A stretch of 61,346 nt of DNA, filler included, from Chiloscyllium plagiosum (Eukaryota), in NCBI RefSeq assembly GCF_004010195.1. It is 5 parts of one record of this genome, joined end to end, with 100 filler letters (N's around TTAATTAATTAA, not from the genome) between each part and the next. Parts side by side here need not be neighbours in the genome. Positions count along the whole stretch, not along the records: positions 43,858 to 52,641 come from NC_057714.1; positions 52,742 to 61,346 come from NC_057714.1; 3 more parts are not named here. One strand, written 5' to 3'. Below are positions 51,303 through 61,346 of this stretch, in pieces. Position 1 is the stretch's first letter. Every line of letters starts with the position of its first letter. The position numbers and the translations under genes were made by a program. The notes beneath the pieces are model-generated. The model was not told the DNA's origin, did not search any database, and saw nothing but the letters and a program-made list of their open reading frames with translations.

Positions 51303-52029
51303 TGTTACGAAGTTGAAGATGAGTACTGTACCTTTAAGGGAGACTGAAAGCTGTTTTGCACTGAGAGCTTGCAGGCACCTGACCTGTGCGTGACTAGCAG
51401 TCTTAGAGTGTATTGGAAAATTGAAAACATGCAACATTTGGCTCTTACAACAGTTTGAATTTAACCAATCAGTTTAAATTATGCCCAAGACAGTAAAATT
51501 CAATCAAATTTGAATTTATTGTTGTTTGCTAACATCGAACCAATGAGGCGATCCGTGCTTGGGGTATAAAGAAGTCGGCAGTTTGAGAGTTAGCTAGAGA
51601 GCACGCCGAACTACCTTCGCCAGAGTAACTGCCAGCAAAACACTCTCTATCAAAGGTACCTTTTTTCAAATGAAGCATCTTTGCAGCAAAAGACCAAAGA
51701 TGACACAGGAAGATCTACAGCCAGAGTAAGGAGGACACTGGAGGCGAAGACAGCTACTGGGTGGTTGTGAAATTATGTTGATGTAATTTTAATAGGATTT
51801 TTTTTTACTGAGTTAGAGGTAGATAACAAAACCTTTAAGAGAAATTAAGCTTAGAGTTGTAAATAGTTGTTGTTGAATGCTCACTTTTGGAGTTAAAGAA
51901 TAAACTGATATTTTTTTCTTTAAATAGTGGAACTTGGGGAGTTCTCTGTCACTCTTACTTTAACAGATTATGAGGCTTTTCTGGTTGCTTGGTTTAATTA
52001 CCAGAAGGGTTTATCGTCGAGTCGTAACA
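51303..52029 (+). mobile_element. Solo LTR, about 727 bp
   Basis: Perfect 8-bp termini TGTTACGA...TCGTAACA, internal CCAAT, GTATAAA and AATAAA; flanks GTTT/CTTT. Confidence 0.8.
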
Positions 52030-52127
52030 CTTTGCATAGCTGCAGCCACCAAGTTTTGAGAAGATTTGTAGCTCAGGTTGAGGTTTTGGATGTAGGTTTG
52101 CTCGCTGAGCTGGAAGGTTCATTTCTA

Positions 52128-52161
52128 GACGTTTCATTACCCTACTCGGTAACATCTTCAG
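52128..52161 (-). ncRNA. Minimal hammerhead ribozyme-like core, Penelope family B
   Basis: CUGAAGA-U-GUUACC-GAGUAG-GGUAAU-GAAAC-GUC. Confidence 0.62.
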
Positions 52162-52864
52162 TGGGCCTAAGGTGAAGCAATGCTGAAAATTCCTGCTTTC
52201 TATTTATATGTTTGGGTTTCTTTGAGTTGGTGATGTCGTTTCTTGTGGTGATATTATTTCCTGTGGTGAAATCACTTCCTGTTCCTTTTCTCAGGGGGTG
52301 TTAGATGAGGTCTAACTTGATTGTGTTTGTTGGTAGAGTTCTGGTTAGAATGCCATGCTTCTAGGAATTCTCGTTTGTCTTGTCCTAAGATGGATGTTTA
52401 GACCCAGTGTTGTCCCTGTCCCTCCTCATCCATATGTGAGGATACTAGTGAGAGAGTTTCATGTCTTTTTGTGGCTAATTGGTGTTCATGTGTCCTGGTG
52501 GCTAGTTTTCTGCCTGTTTGTCCAATGTAGTGTTTGTTACAGTCCTTTTACAGTATTTTGTAAATGACATTAGTTTTGCTCATTATCTGTATAGGGGTCT
52601 TTCAAGTTCATTAGCTGCTGTTTTAGTGTGTTGGTGGGTTTNNNNNNNNNNNNNNNNNNNNNNNNNNNNNNNNNNNNNNNNNNNNTTAATTAATTAANNN
52701 NNNNNNNNNNNNNNNNNNNNNNNNNNNNNNNNNNNNNNNNNCCCCCTCTCCGGCCTATCACCCTCACCTTAACCTCCTTCCACCTATTGCATTCCCAACG
52801 CCCCTTCCCCAAGTCCCTCCTCCCTACCTTTTATCTTAGCCTGCTTGGCACACCCTCCTCATTC

Positions 52865-52892
52865 CTGAAGAAGGGCTTATGCCCGAAACGTC
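52865..52892 (+). ncRNA. Minimal hammerhead ribozyme-like core
   Basis: CUGAAGA-A-GGGC-UUAU-GCCC-GAAAC-GUC. Confidence 0.65.
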
Positions 52893-54124
52893 GATTCTCC
52901 TTCTCCTTGGATGCTGCCTGACCTGCTGCACTTTTCCAGCAACACATTTTTAAGCTCATGTCATTTTGTGGTTAGTTGATGTTCTTGTATCCTGGTGGCT
53001 AGTTTTCTGCCTGTTTCTACAATGTTACAGTTCTTGCAAGGTATTTTGTAAATGTCTTTAGTTTTGCTTGTTGTTTGTATCTGGTCTTTCAAGTTCATGA
53101 GCTGCTGTTTTAGTGTGTTGGTGCATTTGTGGGCTACCATGATGCCAAGGGGTCTGAGTAGTCAGGCAGTCATTTCCGAGATATCTTTGATGTAGGGGAG
53201 AGTGGCTAGGGTTTCTGGATATGTTTTGTCTGCTTGTTTGGGTTTGTTGATCAGAAATCGGTGGATTGTGTTCATTGGATACCCATTCTGTTTAAATACA
53301 CTGTACAGGTGATTTTCCTCTGCTCTGCGTAGTTCCTCTGTGCTGCAGTGTGTGGTGGCTTGTTGAAATAATGTTCTAATGCTGCTTCATTTCTGGGTGT
53401 TGGGTGATTGCTTCTGTAGTTCAATATTTGGTCTGTATGTGCTGTTTTCCTGTAGACGCTGCTTTGAAGTTCCCCATTGGCTGTTCGCTCGACTGCGACA
53501 TCTAGGAATAGTAGTTTGTTGTTGTTTCCCTCCTCTTTAGTGAATTTTATGCCTGTAAGGGTATTATTGATCGTCTTGAAGGTTTCCTGTAATTTGTTTC
53601 AAACCAGTGTTGGAGGGTTTTAGCTATAGGGAGAATCTAAATAGATTGGGGCTACTTTCCCTGGAGCATTAGAGGCTGAGGGGTGACTACTATAGGGAGA
53701 GTCTAAATAGTTTAGCGTTACTTTCCCTGGAGTGTCAGAGGCTGTGGGGTGACCTTTATAAAGGTTTATGAAATAATGATGGCTGTGGATAGGGGAAATA
53801 GCCAAAGTGTTTTCTCCAGGTGGAGGAGTCCAATACTAGAGGGCATAGGTTTAAAGTGAGAGGAGAAAGATTTAAAAGGAATCTAAGGGGTGGCATTTTC
53901 ATGCAAAGGGTAGTGCATGTATGGAATGAGCTCCCAGAGGAAGTAGTGGAAGCTGGTACAATTACAACATTTAAAGGCACCTGGATGGGTATATGAAAAG
54001 GAAGGGTTTAGAGGGATTTGGGCCAAGTGCTGGAAAATGGGATTAGATTTATTTAGGATATCTGGCCAGCATGGTTAAGTTTGACCGAAGTGTCTGTTTC
54101 AATGGTATACACCTCTATTATAAC

Positions 54125-54575
54125 TAAGAAACTACAGAAGGTGGTGTGCACAGTCCAGACCGTCACGGAAGCCAACCTTCTATCCATGGATTCCATTCAC
54201 ATGTCTCAAGGGTATAGAAAGGCTGCCAACATCATCAAAGACCAATCCCACCCCAGTAATGCTCTCCTACAATCTCTTCCGTCAGGCAGAAGGTACAGAA
54301 ATTTGAATACACGGATCAGCAGGTTCAAGAACAGCTTCTTCCCAGCCGTTGTTAGACTGCTGAATGGATTCTCTAACTTCAAATAATGTTGATCGTGTTA
54401 ATGTTGATCTTGCCTAGTGCACGTCCTTTGTGGTGTAACCTGTATACTTCACTCTGTCACTCTTTTTTTCACCCTATGATATATATGTCCTTGCTTACTA
54501 TGATTTGCCTCTCCTGCTCACAAACAAAGCTTTTCACTGTACTTAGTACATGCAATGATAAATAAAATAAAATCA
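54125..54575 (+). mobile_element. Rex1/Babar-type LINE 3' end
   Basis: LPSGRRYRNLNTRISRFKNSFFPAVVRLLN; tail TTTTCACTGTAC..AATAAA. Confidence 0.8.
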
Positions 54576-54579
54576 AACG

Positions 54580-56548
54580 CGGTTTGACCAATGATTTATG
54601 GAGGTGTAGCATCACTTCCTTGCTTTTATACTTGATGCCTCTATTTATAAACCTGAAGATCCTATCAGCCTTCATAACAACTGTCTCAACTTGCCTGGCC
54701 ATCTTCAGAGAATAATTTATGTGAACTCCGAGGTCCCTTTGCTCCTAAATTTCCTAAAGTTGTGTATTGTCTGAATTTCTTGTACCAAGTACATTCTTTG
54801 CTTTGAAATTCATTTGCCAGGCATCTGCCAGATTGATCATGTCATCAATGTCCCTCTAAATCACTCAGCATCACCCTCACAATTCACTGCTCTCCCTAGC
54901 TTATTATCATCTGAGAATGTACAGAATTTGCTCTCAATATCCATCTCCAAATCATTTATATAAATCAGAAAAGGGTCTCAACACCGATCTCATTCAACAC
55001 TTTCAACATGTCTCCAATCTGGGAAATGCCCATCTATACCTACCCTCTATTTCCAACTTTTTAGCCAACTTCTAATCCATGCTGCCAAGGACCCATAAAT
55101 CCCAAACATTTGTAATTTACTCACCAACCTGCCATGTGACACTGCATCAAAAGTTTCTGAAAGTCCAAATATACAGCCACAGCACTATCCTCATCTGCTG
55201 CCTTTACCAAAGAACTCAATTCAATTTGTCAGACATGTCCTGCCTTTGACAAATCCATGTCGATTGTCTAGTATTAACTTATTCTTCTCTCAGTGTATAT
55301 TTGCCTAATCCTATACTATAGCCTCCATTAATTTTCCCACTATTGACATCACATTGACGGTTCCGTAGTTTCCTGGGTTGACCTCTGCCCCTTTCTTAAT
55401 CAATAGTGTCACATTTGCAATCCTCCAGACTCCCGGGACTAGTCCTCTGATCAGTCAGACCCGGAAAATTTCTGTCAACAGCTGTGTGGTTTGTTCCCTT
55501 AACTCTCTCAGCAATCCCATCCAGACCTGACAATCTCTTCACCTTGACTGCTACTAACCTTATTAGCACCTCTTCCCTATCAATATACTGCCCAGTTGCT
55601 CAATACCCATGTTTTCAACTGGGCTATTGTCACTATTTTCTAATTTGGTAAAGACAGCAAAATATTCATTTTGTATCTCTGCTATATCCTTTGCTACAGT
55701 GAACAGCTTTTCCTGCTTGTTCCTTATGGGCCCCACTCTTTTACTCATCTTCTACAGTTAATATATTTGAAGAACATTTTATTATTTGTTTCAGTGCGTC
55801 CTGTCATACATTCATAAATACAGAGAGACAAGGTGGGATTCTTGGCAGTGTGGAGGAACTGTGGGATCTTGGGGTCCACATACATAGATCCCTCAAAGTT
55901 GCCACTGAAGTTGATAGGATTGTTAAGAAGGCATAATGTGTTTTGGCTTTCATTTACAGGGGAACTGAATTTAACAGCTGTGAGGTTTTGCTGTAGCTCT
56001 ATAAAACCCTGTTTAGAACACATTTGGAATATTGTGTCCAGTTTGGTTGCCTCATTGTAGGAAGGATGTAGATGCTTTAGAGAGGGTACAGAGGCGATTC
56101 ACCAGGTTTCCTTGATTGAAGGGCTTGTCTTGTGAAGATAGGTTAAGTGAGCTAGGGCTTTTCACATTGGAGAGAAGAAAGAAGAGAGGTGACTTGATAG
56201 AAGTGTACAAGATAACGATATAGGTAGAGGAGATAGCCAGAGTGTTTTGCCCAGGGCAGAAATGGCTGACACGAGGGGTCACAATTTTACTGTGTTTGGA
56301 GGAAGGTAGAGTGGAGATGTCAGATGTAGGTTCTTTACAAAGAGAGTGGAGGGTGCATGGAATGCACTGCCAGTGGTGGTAGTAGAGTCAGGGACATTAG
56401 GGACACTTAAGCGACTGCTGGACAAGCACTTGGATGGCAGTAAATTGAGGGGTGTGTAGGTTAGGTTGATCTTAGATTAAGATAAATGCTCGGCACAAGA
56501 TCATGGGCCAAAGGGCCTGTATTGTGCTGTACTGTTCTATGTTCTATG
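54580..56548. mobile_element. CR1 fragments (54580-55790 minus; 55825-56548 plus)
   Basis: RT motifs and TTCTATG tail. Confidence 0.8.
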
Positions 56549-56612
56549 TTCTTCCTGTTTCCTCTCAGCCTTCCTAAATCCAGCCTCAGCCTCTCTCCTG
56601 CATTTGAGATGT

Positions 56613-59600
56613 TGTTGCAAACTTGGGTAGAGTACCTGTGGATTAGGAGGCAGGAAGTTAGAACTTGGAGTTTGTAAAGTGCTGGGGGAAAGCATTGTGT
56701 GCTTGAAAAATCATGTGATTTTTCTGTGCTTCGAGATTTAAAATTGATGTCTGTGAACAGCAGCTTGTAAGTTTGCAAGTATACAGAGAGCACCCAAATT
56801 AAGACATTTGTATTGAGAGGCTGTACAGTTAGCAGGCCAAGCAGCAGTTTTGAATTTAGCCAATCAATTTGAACCAGTTACTTAGATACCTAAAACCTAT
56901 GAAATTTAAATACAATGGTTTTGGCAACATGGGACCAATCCTATTGTAAGAAATATTTATACATCATCAAGGGTATAAAAAGAAGGAGGCAGTTGGACAA
57001 AGACGAGCTGAAAATGTGTTGCTGGAAAAGCGCAGCATGTCAGGCAGCATCCAAGGAGCAGGAGAATCGACATTTCGGGCATGAGCCCTTCTTCAGGAAT
57101 GAGGAGAGTGTGCCAAGCAGACTAAGATAAAAGGTAGGGGGGAGGGGCATTGGAAATGCGACAGGTGGAAGGAGGTTNNNNNNNNNNNNNNNNNNNNNNN
57201 NNNNNNNNNNNNNNNNNNNNNNNNNNNNNNNNNNNNNNNNNNNNNNNNNNNNNNNNNNNNNNNNNNNNNNNNNNNNNNNNNNNNNNNNNNNNNNNNNNNN
57301 NNNNNNNNNNNNNNNNNNNNNNNNNNNNNNNNNNNNNNNNNNNNNNNNNNNNNNNNNNNNNNNNNNNNNNNNNNNNNNNNNNNNNNNNNNNNNNNNNNNN
57401 NNNNNNNNNNNNNNNNNNNNNNNNNNNNNNNNNNNNNNNNNNNNNNNNNNNNNNNNNNNNNNNNNNNNNNNNNNNNNNNNNNNNNNNNNNNNNNNNNNNN
57501 NNNNNNNNNNNNNNNNNNNNNNNNNNNNNNNNNNNNNNNNNNNNNNNNNNNNNNNNNNNNNNNNNNNNNNNNNNNNNNNNNNNNNNNNNNNNNNNNNNNN
57601 NNNNNNNNNNNNNNNNNNNNNNNNNNNNNNNNNNNNNNNNNNNNNNNNNNNNNNNNNNNNNNNNNNNNNNNNNNNNNNNNNNNNNNNNNNNNNNNNNNNN
57701 NNNNNNNNNNNNNNNNNNNNNNNNNNNNNNNNNNNNNNNNNNNNNNNNNNNNNNNNNNNNNNNNNNNNNNNNNNNNNNNNNNNNNNNNNNNNNNNNNNNN
57801 NNNNNNNNNNNNNNNNNNNNNNNNNNNNNNNNNNNNNNNNNNNNNNNNNNNNNNNNNNNNNNNNNNNNNNNNNNNNNNNNNNNNNNNNNNNNNNNNNNNN
57901 NNNNNNNNNNNNNNNNNNNNNNNNNNNNNNNNNNNNNNNNNNNNNNNNNNNNNNNNNNNNNNNNNNNNNNNNNNNNNNNNNNNNNNNNNNNNNNNNNNNN
58001 NNNNNNNNNNNNNNNNNNNNNNNTTGTACCCGTCCCAACCCCCGAACTCAGCACCGCCTTCCTAACCTGCAATCTTCTTCCTGACCTCTCCACCCTCACC
58101 CCCACTCCGGCCTATCACCCTCACCTTAACCCCCTTCCACCTATCGTATTTCCAACGTCCCTCCCCCCTACCTTTTATCTTAGCCTGCTTGGCACACTCT
58201 CCTCATTCCTGAAGATTCTCCTGCTCCTTGGATGCTGCCTGACCTGCTGCGCTTTTCCAGCAACACATTTTCAGCTCTAATCTCCAGCATCTGATGTCCT
58301 CACTTTCTCCTAGTTGGACAAAGACCCCAGACCAGAGCTAGCTGCCATTCACCAGAGCCAGCGGCCCTCAGATTGAGAGACACACTGGTTCTCACCGCCT
58401 CCTTGATATCTTAGAGAAAGCATGACCTAAATAACAATGGTGCCGATGGCACAACTAGTTGATATTCCTGACAGAAGAATTAATAGAGAAGGCACAGAAC
58501 ATTGTGGAAGACACGTAATCTGGTTGTAATGTTGGGAAACTAAATTCTATTCTTTTATGAGTGGGACTTGTATTTATTGGAACATCATACCATTAGAATC
58601 TTGCTTTATTCAGTTTATTAATAGTTTAGTTAGTTTCTTTCACTGTAAGAATTAGATAAATAAATTGCTACTTGTTGATTCTAAAGTGAATGTCAGTGAT
58701 TTATTTTATTTAACCACTGGAAGTTGCTGAAAAGCTGGTTTCACCACATTTCACACTCCTTTTACAGATTATCGGGCAAGATGCTCCTCTTTGGTAAGTC
58801 AGTTTTAGTTCTCGGGGGGGCGGGGGGGGTTCAACCTTCGCTTTGTAACAGATGAGGGGCTTGGGTCCGGGATTTGGACAGATATGAACAGATGTAGGGT
58901 ATGAAAGATACCAGCAGATTTAAACAGACTTGGGGATTAGTATCCTAAATCTTTAAATAAAACTTAAGTGAGAAGTGGAAAATCCATTTAATTTTGGTTG
59001 CTTATTGTTAGTTAAATTAATAGGCGGGTAATGGCTCTTTTAGTTACTAAGCGTTTTCTGGGAGTGGAAGAAGTGACTTTGGGGGTTTTACAGGAACTGA
59101 GCAAGGGAAAGCTGTTGGAATTGGCAGACAAGCTGAAGTTGGAGATACCTTCATCTGTGAGAAAAGGAGAGATAATTACTGCAATAGCTCAGCATTTAGA
59201 TTTGCTGGAAATGCCATCTGAATCATTGGAAATGGCAAGAATTCATTTGCAGATGAAGCAGTTTGAACACGAAAGGGAACTGGAACAGTTTGAATTATGG
59301 TTAAAGCAGAGGAAAGAGAAAAGGGAGGAATCGCTCTGACAGAACAAAAAGAAAAGGAGAGGAAGGCCCAAGCAGGAGAAACAGAAAAGGAGAGATAAGA
59401 AAGGGAAAAAGAAAGAGAAGAAAGGGAGAGAGAGAGAGTTTGAACTTAATAAGATGGCAATTAGACAGGAAAGTTGGTTCAAAAGGTAGCAGGTGAAGGT
59501 AGGAGGTAAGCTAAGTGAGGAGGGTAGTGATGATGAGCAAAACCATCATAATCAAAGGCTTGATGGAGATGCCTTTAAATATAACCAAGCATTACCTAAA

Positions 59601-59935
59601 TTTGATGAGAAGGGTGCAGATGCCTTTTCCATCTCATTTGACAAATGGCTAAGCAAATGAAGTGGCCAGTGACCATGTGGGTTTTGTTGATTTAAACAAA
59701 GTTGGTAGATAGAGCTAGTGAGGTGTTTGTAGCGCTGTCAGAGGAGGTGTCAGGAGAACATGAAGAAGTAAAAAAGGCTATTTTGAGCAACGTCAATAGA
59801 TGGATGACAGTATTAAAGATAGAAAAGAACATGAGGGTCTTCGAGAGAATATTCTGCTGGAGGAGTTTAAAAACTCACTTCCAAAAATGATAAGAACACA
59901 AGTTGATGAACAGTAAGTTATAATAGGGAGAAGAA
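56613..59935 (+). mobile_element. Gmr1-like Gypsy element: 5' LTR 56613-58850 (interrupted), tRNA-Pro-like PBS, degenerate gag from 59031
   Basis: TGTTGCAAA...TTTGTAACA termini; TGAGGGGCTTGGGTCCGGGAT resembles PBS-Pro TGGGGGCTCGTCCGGGAT; LPKFDEK..KQMKWP..EVKKAIL gag motifs. Confidence 0.75.
57005..58311. mobile_element. Fold-back Penelope family A insertion inside the LTR
   Basis: Inverted arms; 14-bp TSD AGTTGGACAAAGAC at 56991-57004 and 58312-58325; centre is an N gap. Confidence 0.8.
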
Positions 59936-59939
59936 CTGC

Positions 59940-61346
59940 AGAGATGGTTTGAAGTGCGTCTACTTCAATGCCAGGAGCATCCAGAATAAGGTAGGTAACT
60001 TGCAGCATGGGTTGGTACCTGAGATTTTGATGTTGTGGCCATTTTGGAGACAAGGACAGAGCAGGGACAGGAATGGTTGTCTCAGGTTCCAGGATTTAGA
60101 TGTTTCAGTAAGAACAGAGAAGATGGTAAAAGAGGGGGAGGTGTGGCATTGTTAATCAAGGACAGTATTACGATGGTAGAAAGGACATTTGAGAACTCAT
60201 CTACTGAGATAGTATATGGGCTGAAGTTAGGAACAGGAAAGGAGAGGTCACCTTGTTGGAAGTTCTTTATAGGCCTCCAAATAGTTCCAGAGATGGAGAG
60301 GAGAGGATAGCAAAGATAATTCTCGATAAGAGCGAGAGTGGCAGGGTAGTTGTCATGGGGGACTTTAACTTCCCAAAAATTGACTGGGAATACTATAGTT
60401 TGAGTACTTTAGATGGGTCAGTTTTTGTCAAATGTGTGCAGGAGGGTTTCCTGACACAGTATGCAGATAGGCCAGCAAGGGGTGAGGCCACATTAGATTT
60501 GATACAGGATAATGAACCAAGTGTTAGATTTGGAGGTAGGTGAGCACTTTGGAGACAGTGACCACAATTCGGTTATGTTTACTTTAATGATGGAAAGGGA
60601 CAGGTATATACTGCAGGCCCAAGAGTTATAGCTGAGGGAAAGGCAATTATGTTGCGATTAGGAAAGATTTAGGATGCATAGGGTGGGGAAGAAAACTGCA
60701 GGGGATGGGCAGAGTTGAAATGTGGAGCTTATTTAAGGAATGGCTGCTGCATGTCCTTGCTAAGTATGTACCTATCAGGCAGGGAGGAAGTGGTCGAGCG
60801 AGGGAGCCATGGTTTACCAAAGAAGTTGAAGCTCTTGTCAAGAGGAAAAAGAAGGCTAATGTTAGGATGAGATGTGAAGGCTCAGTTAGGGCACTTGAGA
60901 GTTACAAGTTAGCCAGGAAAGATCTAAAGAGAGAGCTACGAAGAGTCATAGAGTCATAGAGATGTACAGCATGGAAACAGACCCTTCGGCCCAGCCCGTC
61001 CATGCCGACCAGATATCCCAACCCAATCTAGTCCCACCTGTCAGCACCCGGCCCATATCCCTCCAAACCCTTCCTATTCGTATACCCATCCAAATGCCTC
61101 TTAAATGTTGCAATTGTACCAGCCTCCACCACTTCCTCTGGCAGCTCATTCCATACACATACCACTCTCTGCGTGAAAAGGTTGCCCCTTAGGTCTTTTT
61201 ATATCTTTCCCCTCTCACCCTAAACCTATGCCCTCTAGTTCTGGACTCCCCAACCCAAGGGAAAAGACTTTACCTATTTATCCTATCCATGCCCCTCATA
61301 ATTTTGTAAACCTCTATCAGGTCACCCCTCAGCCTCCGACGCTCCA
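59940..61346. mobile_element. CR1 APE region (+, to 60945) and young CR1 3' end (-, 60946 to window end)
   Basis: CVYFNARSI, LYRPPNS, MGDFNFPKIDW; paralogous to 16690-17680. Confidence 0.9.

Larger units (their letters stand above)
52047..53605 (-). mobile_element. Penelope-like element family B fragments across a gap, with a family A end at 52742-52957 (+)
   Basis: Minus-strand YIGQTGRKLATRTHEHQLA GIY-YIG region; RT C-terminal motifs VYRK.A.TDQIL. Confidence 0.85.

Noticed and set aside
57040..58280. Three ORFs longer than 300 aa
   Set aside because: Made almost entirely of Ns

Overview
Vertebrate genomic DNA, almost certainly elasmobranch (shark), judged from HE1-type V-SINEs, shark-type CR1/HER1-like LINEs and Penelope-like elements. 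The left half holds the 5' part of a sarcomeric class II myosin heavy chain gene of the MYH7B/MYH15 clade on the minus strand. I reconstructed 14 coding exons (ATG at 29937; 1569 nt, 523 codons, all GT-AG, frame intact) covering the SH3-like domain to the relay helix; the gene runs off the left edge. Introns and the right half are mostly decayed retroelements (CR1, HE1 SINE, Penelope, Rex1, Gypsy/Gmr1-like LTR) plus minisatellites and five assembly gaps. Main observations: (1) the myosin has Gln at the beta-cardiac R403 position and Ser at R453; (2) a 37-bp duplication of the exon-7 acceptor creates a candidate poison exon just after the P-loop exon; (3) short, often fold-back Penelope-end insertions with target-site duplications carry minimal hammerhead ribozyme cores; (4) orphan plus-strand exon candidates lie upstream. 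Comparisons with reference proteins are from memory, not from a search. Repeat boundaries are approximate.
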